Both the position numbers and the translations under genes were made by a program. From the NCBI GenBank assembly GCA_963767925.1, contig CAVYGB010000008.1, forward strand, positions 2,400,001-2,464,000: DNA of 64,000 nucleotides, given 5' to 3'. The DNA comes from an uncultured delta proteobacterium (lineage in GTDB: Bacteria; Myxococcota_A; Polyangia; Fen-1088). Positions 1 through 13,273 of this stretch are shown piece by piece (positions within the stretch are counted from its first letter, which is position 1; each line of letters opens with the position of its first letter). The notes beneath the pieces were generated by a model that did no database searches, was not told the origin of the DNA, and worked only from the letters and a program-made list of their open reading frames with translations.

Positions 1-226
1 AGAACCCCGCCTGCCGGATCTCGACCCGGCGAAAACCCGGCCCCAGGGGCTGCCCGCTCGACCATTCCGCCACACGCCCGGCGTACGCGTCATCTATCCA
101 CAAGTTCGCGTCCGGGACGTTGCAGCGGATGCGCAGGATGGCCGGGCGCGGGCCAGTCATGGCGCAGCCAGCGGCCAGCCCCAGCCCCAACGTCAGCGCG
201 ACGCCGACCGCCAGCCTCCGGGTCAC
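1..226 (-). CDS. PEGA-like domain lipoprotein, 3' end runs off the window (not in ORF track)
   Basis: Manual translation from GTG at 226 (GTGA overlap with the upstream stop): MTRRLAVGVALTLGLGLAAGC (lipobox) ...LRIRCNVPDANLWIDDAYAG...LGPGFRRVEIRQAGF, a PEGA-like pattern. Confidence 0.65.
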   Translation of the reverse strand, partial: MTRRLAVGVALTLGLGLAAGCAMTGPRPAILRIRCNVPDANLWIDDAYAGRVAEWSSGQPLGPGFRRVEIRQAGF

Positions 227-1464
227 GGCAGCGTCCCTCCCGGCAGAGCCGGCCCGCCCGGGTTCGGGGGGCCGGTCGTCACGGCGACAAGCCGCACCTG
301 GGCCGCCAGGCGATCGCCCACCTCCTGGCCGGTCCGGGTCACGGTGGCCACCGCCGCCAGCTCGCGGGTGAGCGCGCCGATCAGGGCCGCCGGCGCCAGG
401 CGGCTGCGCACGTGGATCTCGACCCGCCCGACGACGACCCGCCGCACCTCGGCCGCGGCCGGGCCGGCTACCTTGCGCAGGGACCGCAGGACCGGTGAAA
501 TGACCGCCGGCTCGTTGATGTCGAGGTCGAGCATCACGACCCGCAGATCGCCACCGCCCGCCGCCGACCCCAGATCGGGCAGCAACGCCGGCAGGACCTC
601 CCGCGCCGCCCGGGCAAAGCAGCTCGCCTGGGCCTCCCGCTCACCCGCGGCGAAGGCCCGGCCGCCGGCCGCCCGCTCCGACCCGCGGGTGCTGCCGTCG
701 GCGGCCACCAGGCGGACCGACAGGTGACACTCGACCGAATGCTCGGAGGTGCCACGCACCAGCCCTTCGCTGGCCGCGCGCCCGGTGACGAGCACGGCGA
801 TCCCCCGCCCGGAACGGGCCGCCAGCGCGCGCACGCCGGCCTCATCGGTGGGAGCTGCGGGCTGATACTGGGCCCGCACCCCCTCGCCGCCCAGCGCGGT
901 GGCCAGCGCCGCGGGCGCCTCGGGCGATCCCGCGCCCACCACGGGCACGACACCGGGGGTGACGCCCCGGTTGGCGGTGCCGCGGGCCTTGTCGAACTCA
1001 CGCCGCATGTAGGCCGCGTCCAGCTCGGCCGAGACCCGCACCCGGAAGTTCCCCTCCAGCTCGCCCTGCTCGAGCACGCGGTAGCCTCGCACGAGCCGCT
1101 TGGGGCGCGCGATCCAGGCCGCCCGCAGGGAAGCCAGCGCGGGGGAGACCGCGCCCGCCCCGGTCTCGCCGACGAGGTCGCTGAAGGCCTGCTCGACGAG
1201 CTGGCGAAAGGCGTCGTCGAGGGCGCGCTCCCGGGCGCTGGCGACGTTGCCCGCGGCCACCGCCGCCTGACCCACCACCCCCTCGAGCGGGAGGGCGCCG
1301 GGGACAGTCGGCGGCAGCGCCGGGGCCCCGGGCGGCGTCACCGGCGCTGGCTGCGCGGAGGCCGCGCCCGCCAGGGCCAGCGGAGCGAGCGCGAGCAGCG
1401 CGGATCGGATCGACATCGTGAAGCTGAGGCTAACGTATGCGGGCAGCGGCGGCGAGCCCGTCAC
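223..1464 (-). CDS. Secreted protein with FlgT N-terminal-like domain
   Basis: 413-aa ORF with signal-like ALLALAPLALAGAASA (alternative start ATG at 1416) and GQAAVAAGNVASARERALDDAFRQLVEQA, typical of FlgT_N-like domains; start overlaps the thiO stop. Confidence 0.55.
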   Translation of the reverse strand: MTGSPPLPAYVSLSFTMSIRSALLALAPLALAGAASAQPAPVTPPGAPALPPTVPGALPLEGVVGQAAVAAGNVASARERALDDAFRQLVEQAFSDLVGETGAGAVSPALASLRAAWIARPKRLVRGYRVLEQGELEGNFRVRVSAELDAAYMRREFDKARGTANRGVTPGVVPVVGAGSPEAPAALATALGGEGVRAQYQPAAPTDEAGVRALAARSGRGIAVLVTGRAASEGLVRGTSEHSVECHLSVRLVAADGSTRGSERAAGGRAFAAGEREAQASCFARAAREVLPALLPDLGSAAGGGDLRVVMLDLDINEPAVISPVLRSLRKVAGPAAAEVRRVVVGRVEIHVRSRLAPAALIGALTRELAAVATVTRTGQEVGDRLAAQVRLVAVTTGPPNPGGPALPGGTLP

Positions 1465-2618
1465 CCGAACCGGGAGACGGAAAACGGAGCCAGATCGAGG
1501 CTGCTGGTGCCACGGGTCACCAGCTCGGCGATCACCTGGGCCGTGATCGGCGTCAGCAGGATGCCGTAGCGGTGGTGGCCGGTCGCCACCAGCAGCCCCT
1601 CGACCGCGGTACGCCCGATGACCGGGAGGGCGTCGGGGGTCAGGGGGCGGAAGTTGGACCAGGTCTCGGTGATCGGCGCTTCACCGAGATCGGGGACCAG
1701 CGTACGAGCGAGGGTGAGGATGTCGCACAACCCGGCGACCGTGACCTCCTTGCGAAAGCCGACCATCTCCAGGGTGCTGCCGGCCAGCGCGACGCCGTCG
1801 GCCCGGGGCACGAGGTAGCCCCGGCCGTGGGCCACCAGCACGTGGCGAAACAGCGGGGGCCGGGTCTCGATGGCCACCATCTGGCCGCGGGCCGGCCGCA
1901 CCACCGGGGCGGGCACGCCGCCCGCCTCGACCAGCGACGACCAGCTCCCCGCGCACAGGACCACCACCTTGGCCGGCAGGCGCTCGCCGTCGAGCTCGAC
2001 CCCGCAGGCCCGGCCGTCCTCGACCAGCACCCGGCGGACGTAGCGGCCCTGCAGGAACCGCGCGCCCACCCGGGCCGCCGCCTGCGACAGCGCGCGGGCC
2101 AGCGCGCGGGCGTGCACGTGGCCCTCGCCGGGATATCGCAGCCCCCCGCGCACGCCCGGTCCCAGGTGGGGCTCGAGCTTGCGCAGCTCCTCGGGCGACA
2201 GGAGCTCGGCGCCGAGGCCCCGCGCCCGCTGCCAGGTCGTGCGCGCGGACAGCGCGGCCTCGTCCGACTCGGTGAGGGCCAGCTCGATGAGCCCCGAGCG
2301 GGTGTGCCCGATGTCGATCCCCGAGAGGTCGTGCAGCTCGGCGGCGAAGGCGGGATAGAGGGCGCGGCTCTTCAGCCCGAGCTCGAGCAGGGGGCCCGGC
2401 CCCTCGGACTCCCACTGCGGGCCCAGGATGCCGGCGGCGGCGCTGGAGGCCTCGGCCCCCGGGATGCCGCGCTCGATGACGGTGACGGCGGCGCCATTCT
2501 GGGCCAGGCGGAGGGCCACGGCGCAGCCCATGACCCCGGCGCCTATCACCGCAACGTCCACAGCGGCGTCCGGGGCGTGGGCGGCCCGGGTCGGCGGGCT
2601 GCTGGGGAGATTCGACAT
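1461..2618 (-). CDS. thiO: Glycine oxidase ThiO / D-amino acid oxidase family FAD enzyme
   Basis: VAVIGAGVMG FAD motif, EASSAAAGIL, PARGQM, YLVPRADG, FRPLTPD, ATGHHRYGILLTP. Confidence 0.85.
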   Translation of the reverse strand: MSNLPSSPPTRAAHAPDAAVDVAVIGAGVMGCAVALRLAQNGAAVTVIERGIPGAEASSAAAGILGPQWESEGPGPLLELGLKSRALYPAFAAELHDLSGIDIGHTRSGLIELALTESDEAALSARTTWQRARGLGAELLSPEELRKLEPHLGPGVRGGLRYPGEGHVHARALARALSQAAARVGARFLQGRYVRRVLVEDGRACGVELDGERLPAKVVVLCAGSWSSLVEAGGVPAPVVRPARGQMVAIETRPPLFRHVLVAHGRGYLVPRADGVALAGSTLEMVGFRKEVTVAGLCDILTLARTLVPDLGEAPITETWSNFRPLTPDALPVIGRTAVEGLLVATGHHRYGILLTPITAQVIAELVTRGTSSLDLAPFSVSRFG

Positions 2619-2671
2619 GGCCGGGGAGCATATGCGCTCCCGGGCGAGGCCGCGTATCATTGGCGCGGCAG

Positions 2672-3746
2672 ATGACCGCGCGTTTCATCCTGGCCCTGCT
2701 CCTGGCGGCCCTCCCCGCCTGCCGTCAGCCCGATCCGCCGGCGCCCCCACCGCCGCCGGACGCCGCGGCCCGGGCTGCCGAGCCGCCGCCCCGGGTGATC
2801 GTCGTGCAGCGCAAGTGCATGGGCACGCTGTGCGAGATCAAGGCGTTTCACCACGACGACGCCCTCGTGCAGCGGGCGGTGGCCGCCGGCCTGGACGAGA
2901 TGGACCGGATCGAGAAGCTCACGACGAGCTGGACCGACACCTCCGACGTGGCCCACGTGAACCAGGCCGCCGGGAAGGAGGCGGTGGTGGTCGCGCCCGA
3001 CACCCTGGCGGTGGTGAAGAAGGGGCTGTGGGCCGGCGCGCTCAGCCGGGGCGCCTTCGACATCACGGTCGGCGTCTACAAGGGGCTGTGGAAGTTCGAC
3101 GAGGACAACGACGACACGATCCCCGATCCGGCCGAGGTGCGCCGCCGGCGCAAGCTGATCGACTACCGCGACGTCCTCGTCGACGAGGGCGCCGGCACCG
3201 TCAAGCTGCGGCGAGCCGGACAGCGCCTGAACCTGGAGGGCCTGGCCAAGGGGTACGGGGTGGACGCCGCCGTGCGGGCCATGCGCGCGGCGGGGCTGCG
3301 CGACTTCATCTTCCACGCGGGGGGCGATCTGTTCGCCTCGGGCCGCAAGGGGGACCGGGACTGGCGGGTCGGCATCCAGGACCCGCGCGCGCCGCGCGGG
3401 CGGATCATCTTCGAGCTGCCGCTGTCGGACAAGGCCTTCAACACCTCGGGCGACTACGAGCGGTTCGTGTTCAAGGACGGCGTCCGCTACCACCACATCC
3501 TCGACGCCCGCACCGGCTTTCCCGCGCGCGGCTGCCGCTCGGTCACCCTGCTGGCCGATGACGCCTTCACCGCCGACACCCTCGACACCGCTGGTCTTCG
3601 CGGTGGGGCCCAAGCTCGGCATGAAGATCATCGAGGACCAGCCGGGCGTCGAGGGGGTGATCGTCGACGCCGACAACCAGGTCCACGTCTCCTCGGGCCT
3701 GCAGGGGAAGATCGTCCGGCGCGGCGATCCCACCCCCGGTCCCTGA
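2672..3746 (+). CDS. apbE: FAD:protein FMN transferase (ApbE) lipoprotein; one frameshift near 3590
   Basis: Lipobox LPAC, MGT, FDITVG, NLEGLAKGYGVD, GGD, WRVGIQDPR, TSGDYER, YHHILDARTG; C-terminus continues in ORF 3558..3746. Confidence 0.9.
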
Positions 3747-3799
3747 CGCCGCGGCCGCCCCCCTGCCCTGCCCGCCCCGCCCTGCCCCGGGCGCGCCCG

Positions 3800-5681
3800 T
3801 CACTCGCAGATGACGACGCGGATCTTGTCGGGCAGCTCCGACACGAGCCGCTTGAGCACGCTGCCCTGGAGGAAGTGCCAGACCGAGCCCCGGTGGGTGG
3901 TGCCGATGAACACGGCGTTGACCGCCAGCTCCTCGGCCGCCTCGGCGATCGAGGCGCCCGCGTCGTGGGCCAGCCGCCACATCGGGACCGCGTCCATGCC
4001 CGCCGCCCGCACGTCGTTGACCGCCGTGCGGAGGACCCGCAGGGCCTCCGGGCTGGGACCCCGGCGCGGCGGAAACAGAAACCCCGGGATCTCGTCGACG
4101 AAGATCAGATAGATCGAGGTGTCGCCCACCCCCTGGGCCCGGCGGGCGGCCTCCCGGCACAGGGGCGGGTTGGCGTTTCGCAACGCCACCAGCGTTGTCG
4201 AGGGATACGACTGCCTGAGGGCGACGGTCTCGTCCAGGGTCAATACCTCGACCGCCGTGCTCAGCTCCGCGGCCGAGGCCTCGGCCGACGCCGCCGACAG
4301 GAAGCCGAACCGCCCCGAGCGGATCCAGCCCCGGTGGGTGATGTAGGCGACGAGCAGCAGGGCCCCGCTGGTCAGGGCGCCGTAGAGCGTCGCCTGCCAC
4401 TTGGTGAACCAGCTCGTCACCCAGGGCACCGCTACCGTGAGGCTGACCAGCACCCCCAGCACGAACTTGATGCCGAGGCCACGCTCGCGCAGGCGCAAGA
4501 CGTCGAGGCTGACCGAGGTGATGACGTACGAGCCGAGCAGCCCGAAGGCGAAGAGCTGGGCCAGCAGGTCGGGCTCGCCTCCGGTCCCCAGGACCAGCAG
4601 GATCGCGCCGGCGGTGATCACGATGACCGCGCCCCGGGGCGGCTGCCCCAGGGATCTGCGCCCGCCCCACCGCCGCCGGAAGGTAGCCGTGCTGTCCGAT
4701 GGCCTGGAAGACGTTGTAACAGCCGATGAAGGCCAGCTTGGCCGCCAGCAACAGCAGGATGGCGCCGGTCAGGACCACCGCCAGGCGCATCTCCGGCCCC
4801 CCGTAGCGCATGGCCACCTCGGCCAGCAGGGCGCTGTGGGGGTCGATCTTGCCGGCGGTGACCGCCTCGACCGCCACCGCGGTGAACACGGGCACGGTGA
4901 CCAGCACGCTGCCCACCAGCAGCGCGCTGGCGGTGCGGATGACCTTGCGCCGGGGCTCGCGCACCGCCGGGGCGAGCTGGCCCAGCGACTCCAGGCCCGA
5001 ATAGGCCAGCCAGGCGCTGGCAAAGCCGGTGAACATCTCGGTCCAGCCGAACATGCGCAGGCGGCCCACGTCGCGGAGCAGCTCCGACCAGGCGGCCGGC
5101 GGCAGCGCCTGCACGACCGTCCAGAACAGCCAGGCGTGCACCGCCACCGCCGCCAGGGCGACGACCAGCGCCATGCGCGCCACCAGGCGGGGCCCGCTCC
5201 AGCTCAACGAGCCCACCAGCAGGATCGCCACCACCGACGAGACGAGGCCCCGATCGGGCCAGAACGGATTGACCGTGGCCAGGTAGCGCATGGCCGTGAC
5301 CGTGCTGATGGCGATGGTGAGCAGGTAGGCGCTGACCATGAGCGCCCCCGAGAGCACGCCCACCCGCGGGCCGAAGGCCTCGACCGCCGCCGAGACGCCG
5401 CCGCCTCCGGCCGGATAGCGGTGCGCCACCTCGAGGTGCTCGAGCGCGACGAGGACGAAGGCGACGGTGGTGGCGAGGACGAAGGCCGCCGCTACCCCGC
5501 CCACCTGCCGGTACAGGATTCCTGGCACGTAATAGACCGACGTGCCGAGATCGGCGAACACGACCGCCCAGGCCAGCCAGGGTCCGAGGCTCCCGACGCC
5601 CTTGCCCCGCACCTCTCTGGCGTCGGTGAGATCGATTGCAACGGCGGAACGACCGGGGGCTCCGCGCGCGTCGGTGGGCAT
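3800..5681 (-). CDS. APC-family permease with C-terminal universal stress protein domain; frameshift near 4640
   Basis: ADLGTSVYY, YPAGGG, AYSGLES and many TM segments in ORF 3567..5681; ORF 3800..4621 supplies the last TMs and the USP tail (GASIAEAAEELAVNAVFIG...GSV). Confidence 0.8.
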
Positions 5682-5830
5682 GGGGCGCCTAAAATGCCCC
5701 AGGTAGCCGGCTGCAGCAACCCGGCGCCGGAACCGCGAGGCAGACGGCGCCTTTCCGACGGATGGATGGCAGGACCTGACCGGTTGGGGGTAGCGCCCGG
5801 CGGTGGTCCATGTTAGCGACGGAGGCGACC

Positions 5831-7844
<2,014 letters not shown>

Positions 7845-7861
7845 CTCCCCGGACGCCGGGG

Positions 7862-8755
7862 TCAGGCGCGGATCTGCGCGCGCTCGACCTCGGCGAAGCG
7901 ATCGCTGCCGGCATCGTGGGCGTAGGTGACGGCAGCGATGCGCGGCCCCTCGATCTCGTAGACGTTGTAGCGGCTGCGCCGGTTGCTGGCCGCCGCCGTA
8001 GGAGGCCGAGCCGGCCCCCACCACCGGGATGGCGCCGCCGTCGGGCCCGGTGAGGATGGCCCGCTCGTCGCGGTGGTCGTGCCCGTGGATCACGAGGTCG
8101 GCGCCGGCGCGGGCCAGCACCGCGGCGAACCCGGCCCGGTCGCGCAGGTTGCGGCTCTCGGGCGGGCGGTGAAGGACCGGCGGGTGGTGCAGCAGGACCA
8201 CCCGCACCCGCTCCTTGACCCGGGGGGCGAGCAGGAGGGCCTCCAGGCGCGTCGAGCTGCTCGGCGCCGATCTCGCCCCAGGCCCCCAGGTCGCCGGTGG
8301 GGACGCAGGAGTTCACCGCCACGAGCGCCACGCCCTCGCGCAGGCGGGCGAAGGGGTAACGCCCGGGGCCCGGCCGCAGCTCCGCGCTCTGGTAGGGGGC
8401 GAACATCCGCTCGAAGGCGCCCGCCTCCACCACGTCGGTCACGTAGGCGTCGTGGTTGCCGGGAATGACGGTGACCCGGTCGTCGGGCGTCCCCAGGGTG
8501 GTCGAGCCAGGCCCGGGCCTCCTGCCACTCCGACTCGAGGCCCACGTTGCCGAGGTCCCCGGTCAGCGCCAGGTGGTCCACCTTTCGCGCCCGCAGGTCG
8601 TCGCACAGGCGGTCGAGCAGCTCCATCTTGTGCTTGCGCCGGCGGTTGACCAGCAGGTTCAGCAGGCCGATGGCGCGCTTGTTGAAGAACTGGCCGGGGC
8701 GGGCCCCGGCCAGCGAGCGGAAGTGGGGGTCGGTCACGTGGGCGAGCCGGAACAT
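7862..8755 (-). CDS. Calcineurin-like metallophosphoesterase (CpdA/Icc-like), frameshifted
   Basis: AHVTDPH, TGDLGN, PGNHD, LHHPP, HGHDH motifs across ORFs 8090..9019, 7795..8442 and 7470..8207. Confidence 0.85.
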
Positions 8756-8771
8756 GGCACGTCTCCTTGGG

Positions 8772-9599
8772 TCAGCGGGCGGCGGGGGGGCCGTCCCCAT
8801 CGGGCGCGATCTGCACCTCGGCCAGCACCCCGAAGTGGTCGGAGGCCCAGACCCCGGCGGCGCTGGGGCGATCGAAGACGATCTGGCAATCGAGGACCCG
8901 GCCGCGGCCGTCCCGGCGTTCGGGCGTGACGAAGACGTAGTCGAGCCGGCGATCGGACTGCAGGAAGGCGAGCTGGTTGGTGTAAGGGTTGGTCCGGGCC
9001 CAGGTCCAGCCCGGCTCACCGGGGTGGCAGCGCGCCCAGGCGTCCTGGTAGAGCACCCGCCGCCCTCCCAGCCCGGTCAGGCCGGTCATCCAGCGGATCT
9101 CGTCGGACTCGGGGCGGGCGTTGAAGTCGCCGAGCAGGATCTGGGGCTCGCCGCTGCGCGCGCCAATCGCCGCGTCGATCGCGCCGAGCTGGTCCTCGCG
9201 CTGGCGGCCGTGGGCCAGGCGGTAGTTGAGGTGGCTGTTGTGCACCCAGAGCTCGCCCGCGCCGATGCGCAGGGCCGCCGAGAGCAACACCCGGCGCTCC
9301 TGCTCCGAGGCGTGGGGAAGCTCGATGGAGGTCTGGGTGGCGATGGGGTGGCGCGACAGGAAGGCCAGCCCCTCGTGGCCGCCCCGGAAGGCGATCGCGG
9401 CGGCGAAGGCGACCGAGAGGCCCGTCCGCTCGGCCAGGGTGGCCGCCGTGTTGGGCAGGCCGGGCCATTCGCACACCTCCTGCAGGGCCACCAGGTCGGG
9501 CCGGAGGGTCTCGATGCCCTGCTGCACCAGGGCCAGGCGATCGGCCAGGGGCCCCTCGCCCCCCCACAGGTTCAGGGTCAGGCAGCGCAGGCTCTTCAT
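8772..9599 (-). CDS. Endonuclease/exonuclease/phosphatase (EEP) family protein
   Basis: TLNLW, DLVALQEV, HL, GDFNA, RLDYVF, SDHFGV. Confidence 0.9.
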   Translation of the reverse strand: MKSLRCLTLNLWGGEGPLADRLALVQQGIETLRPDLVALQEVCEWPGLPNTAATLAERTGLSVAFAAAIAFRGGHEGLAFLSRHPIATQTSIELPHASEQERRVLLSAALRIGAGELWVHNSHLNYRLAHGRQREDQLGAIDAAIGARSGEPQILLGDFNARPESDEIRWMTGLTGLGGRRVLYQDAWARCHPGEPGWTWARTNPYTNQLAFLQSDRRLDYVFVTPERRDGRGRVLDCQIVFDRPSAAGVWASDHFGVLAEVQIAPDGDGPPAAR

Positions 9600-9618
9600 G
9601 GCGCGTGCACCACCCCCC

Positions 9619-9981
9619 TTAGTCGCCCCGGTAGATGCAGCAGGCGTCCGAGGTCTCCCACACGGTGACCGCGCAGAGCTGGGGCACGGTTTGGCTGATC
9701 CGGGCCCAGATGTAGGCGGCCAGGTTCTCGCAGGTGGAATTTTCCAGCCCGGGGACTTCGTTCAAGGTGTGGTGGTCCACCTGCTGGAAGATGTCGACCC
9801 AGGCGTCGTCGATCACGGCAAAGTCGATCAACCAGCCGGTCCCCGGATCGACCGGCCCGCGGATCGCCAGCTCCACCCGATAGCTGTGGCCGTGCATCCG
9901 GGCGCATTTGTGTCCGGGCGGAACGCGAGGCAAAAAATGCGCGGCCTCGAACCGGTATTCCTTCTTCAGCTCCACCTGCAT
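9619..9981 (-). CDS. queD: 6-carboxy-5,6,7,8-tetrahydropterin synthase
   Basis: FEAAHFLP...HKCARMHGHSY, DHHTLN, LENSTCENLA, VWET. Confidence 0.92.
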   Translation of the reverse strand: MQVELKKEYRFEAAHFLPRVPPGHKCARMHGHSYRVELAIRGPVDPGTGWLIDFAVIDDAWVDIFQQVDHHTLNEVPGLENSTCENLAAYIWARISQTVPQLCAVTVWETSDACCIYRGD

Positions 9982-10159
9982 CGTCGGTGACCAGGATTGA
10001 AGCACGCCCACTGCCGCTGCGCACGATATGCCCGCCGGGAGGCAGGGGCGACCTGCCCACCGGATGCGTCAGGACGCGGGAACTCCTGGCCGCGCGGGCC
10101 GGACAAAGTGAAGGTGTCCGGGAAGGTTGGCCGAGGTCACTCGTTCATCCGGCGGGTTC

Positions 10160-11879
10160 ATGGCGAAGGTCAGCAGGCTGATGGCGCACGCCAGCGACGA
10201 GAACGACCCCGAGAACCGGTTTGGAGCCGGGGGCGGGGCCGTGGCGGGTGAGCGGCAGCCGGGCCGGCAGGCCGACCCGCTCCTCGGGCGCATCATCGGG
10301 ACCAACTTCCGGGTGCTCAAGCTGATCGGCATGGGCGCCATGGGCCACGTCTACCAGGCCGAGCAGATGTCGCTCGGCAAGATGGTCGCCCTCAAGCTCC
10401 TGCGTAGCGAGCTGATGGGCGACGAGCGGCTGCTGAAGCGCTTCGAGCTCGAGGCGCGCAATGCCTCGCGCCTGTCTCACCCCAACTCGATCCAGATCAT
10501 CGACTTCGGGCGCGATCAGGACCTGCTCTACATCGCGATGGAGCTGCTGCAGGGGGTGGACCTGGGCCAGCTCATCCTGCGGGAAGGCCCGCTGTCGCTG
10601 CCCCGGGTCGGTCGGATCATGGATCAGGTGCTGGGCGCGCTCGACGAGGCGCACGCGCAGGGGATCGTCCACCGCGACCTCAAGCCCAGCAACATCATGC
10701 TGGCATCGCGACGGGGCGATCCGGATTTCGTGAAGGTGTGCGACTTCGGCATCGCCAAGGCCCAGACCTCGCGCGAGGGGGCAGGGTCTGACCCTCAAGG
10801 GGCTCGTCTGCGGCACCCCCGAATACATGAGCCCCGAGCAGGCCCGCGGCGACGAGGTGGACGGGCGCTCCGACCTCTACGCCGCCGGGGTCATCCTCTA
10901 CCAGCTCGTCACCGGGGACCTCCCCTTCACCGCCTCGTCACCGGTCGGCATCCTCAGCAAGCACCTGTCCGAGCCACCCGAGCCGCCCAGCCTGCGCAAG
11001 CCCGGCCTGGATCTGCCCGCCACGCTCGAGGGGATCATCCTGCAGGCGCTGGCCAAGGAGCCGGGCGACCGCCCCCAGACCGCCGACGAGCTGCGCGGGC
11101 AGCTCCGGGCCGTCCTCGCCGACCTGCCCGAACACGCCAGCGGCTCGATGCCGGCGGTGGCCCTCTGGACACCGCTCGACCGGGGCGTCGTCCCCGGGCA
11201 GCCGACCACCCCGATGGCCATCCGCCAGACCGGGCTCGGGCGCGGCCGGATCGACGTGGGCCCGGTCCCGTCGATGATGGCCTCGGCGGCCACCACCACC
11301 GCGGTGGTGCGCAGTCCGGGCCGCTACCTCTGGTCGAGCCTGGGCCTGGCCGCCGCGTTGGCGACGGCCTGGCTGGTGCTGTGGCCCGCGGCGCCCCGTC
11401 CCCGCGCGCCCGCTCCCAGCAGCCCCCCGGCCGCCGTCGTGCCGGCATCCGGGCGCGCCCCCATCCCGACGGCCCCCGATCCGGTGGTCCTCGGCGGCCC
11501 GCCCTCGGCCAATCCCCCCGCGGCCGAGCGGCCGCCCCGCCCCGATCGTCCCCGCCGGGTGCACGTGAACCGGCGCGTTCGTCGCGCGCCCCTGGCGGCC
11601 GCCGTCCCCGCGGCGCCGGTTGTCGCGCCGGCGCCACCCGCCGGGAACACGCTCATCGAAGCCGAGCGCCTGCTGGCGCAAGGGGAGGTGGTGAGCGCCT
11701 GCGAAAAAGGAGAAGCTCACCGCCTCATGCACCCCCAGGAACCCCGGGTCCACCGTTTCCTCGGCCGCTGCTACATGCGCGCCGGTCAACCCGAACGGGC
11801 GCGGGCGAGCTTCCGGCGTTACCTCGAGCTGGCCCCCGAGGCCTCCGACGCCGCGTTCATCAAGAGCATCGTGAAATGA
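10160..11879 (+). CDS. Hanks-type Ser/Thr protein kinase with TM segment and C-terminal TPR; frameshift near 10790
   Basis: GMGAMG, VALK, HRDLKPSN, DFG, then GTPEYMSPEQ and DLYAAG in the next frame; hydrophobic segment and TPR-like end. Confidence 0.9.
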
Positions 11880-13273
11880 AGGGCGGTCGTGGCCTGAACG
11901 GCGTGCTGGCCGCGCTGGTTCCGCTGCTGGCCTGTCAGGTGGACCAGGAGGCCTTCCACCGGCGGATCTTCAGTTGCAACCCGAACGCCGCCCACCCCGC
12001 CTGCGGCACCGATCGGGACGATCGCCCGATGGCCTGCGTGCCGGCCTACCAGCTCGGCGGTCGCAACTTCTGCGCTCCGGGCTGCACGGTGGACGGCGAG
12101 GCGGCCGCTGGCCCCGACGCCATCTGCCTGGCGGCCGGACCGCGCAGCGGCGGCCAGGCGCCCGGCGCGCGGCTGGCCCGCTGCGATCCGTCCCGCTCTC
12201 CCGGGACCTGCGACAGCGAGGAGCTGTCCTGCCTGCGCACCGATCTGCTGAAGCCCGACGAGGGGGTCTGCATGACCCTGAACACCTGCCAGGAGGACCG
12301 CGACTGCCGGGACCCGGTCCGCTCGAAGTGCATGGGCACGCTGCTGCGCGAGACCTACCCCAGGGCCGAGCTCAGCACCGACCAGACCTACTGCCTGCAG
12401 GCCGACTGCCGGGCCCACCGCACCGCCTGCTCGCCGGGCGAGACCTGCATGAGCGACGTCCTGCCGGCCAGCTCGCGGCCCCCGGACATCTGCGTGCCCA
12501 ACTGCGACGCCAACGGCAACTGCCCGCCGAACTACTTCTGTTACAACCGGGTCTACAGCAAGAAGCTGCCGCCCATCTGCATCCCGGGCCTGCTGGGGTT
12601 GCGCTGCGACTCGAACCTGGACTGCCTGTTCGGCGAGTGCGTGAAGGGGGACGCGCCCTTCAAGTCCTGCTCGGTGCGCTGCCAGAACGACGGCGACTGC
12701 GCCCGCTTCGACAGCGTCCACGCCACCCTGTTCTGCAACGAGGCGGGCTGGTGCGCGGGCGTGCGGGCCAGCCGTGGGACCCAGTGCGACGGCGACGCGG
12801 ATTGCCTCTACCCGGGCGAGATCTGCGCACGCCTCACGAATCTGCTGCCCCGGGGACAGTGCCTGCAGGCCTGCCCCTCGCGCCGCTGCCCCGCCTACGG
12901 CGGCGTGCCCCACGCCTGCCGCCCCCAGGTCGACGAGAGCGGCGCCGTGCAGGCCCAGACCCTGCCCTGGGTCTGCTGGCCGGGCTTCCTCGGCCAGCTC
13001 TGCTTCGAGTCCTCCGATTGCCTGCGGGGGCTTGGTTGCCACCCCCTGGGACCGGCCAGCCCCGGGGCCCGGATCTGCAGCTTGCCCTGCGGAGGCGACG
13101 GCGACTGCGCCGGCAGCCGGTTCAGCAAGGAGGGCTGGTGCGATCCGGCCGGGGCGATCTGCCGCGCCCCCCTGCTCGAGGGCGAGCCTTGCGAGCGCAA
13201 CACCCAGTGCGAGTCCCGCCTCTGTCAGGGACCGATGAGCGACAAGCGATGTGCACCGATCTCCGTCTACTGA
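11876..13273 (+). CDS. Cysteine-rich lipoprotein (465 aa)
   Basis: ATGA overlap with kinase stop; lipobox LLAC; 51 Cys by manual count with recurring CxxDxDC modules. Confidence 0.8.
   Translation: MKGGRGLNGVLAALVPLLACQVDQEAFHRRIFSCNPNAAHPACGTDRDDRPMACVPAYQLGGRNFCAPGCTVDGEAAAGPDAICLAAGPRSGGQAPGARLARCDPSRSPGTCDSEELSCLRTDLLKPDEGVCMTLNTCQEDRDCRDPVRSKCMGTLLRETYPRAELSTDQTYCLQADCRAHRTACSPGETCMSDVLPASSRPPDICVPNCDANGNCPPNYFCYNRVYSKKLPPICIPGLLGLRCDSNLDCLFGECVKGDAPFKSCSVRCQNDGDCARFDSVHATLFCNEAGWCAGVRASRGTQCDGDADCLYPGEICARLTNLLPRGQCLQACPSRRCPAYGGVPHACRPQVDESGAVQAQTLPWVCWPGFLGQLCFESSDCLRGLGCHPLGPASPGARICSLPCGGDGDCAGSRFSKEGWCDPAGAICRAPLLEGEPCERNTQCESRLCQGPMSDKRCAPISVY

Noticed and set aside
5682..5830. 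c-di-AMP (ydaO) riboswitch upstream of the APC-USP transporter
   Set aside because: Could not find the conserved motif elements in this short divergent intergenic region
10127..13273. 1048-aa kinase-Cys-rich fusion ORF
   Set aside because: A frameshift near 10790 joins the kinase N-terminus, an off-frame stretch and a separate lipoprotein that has its own start and lipobox at 11876
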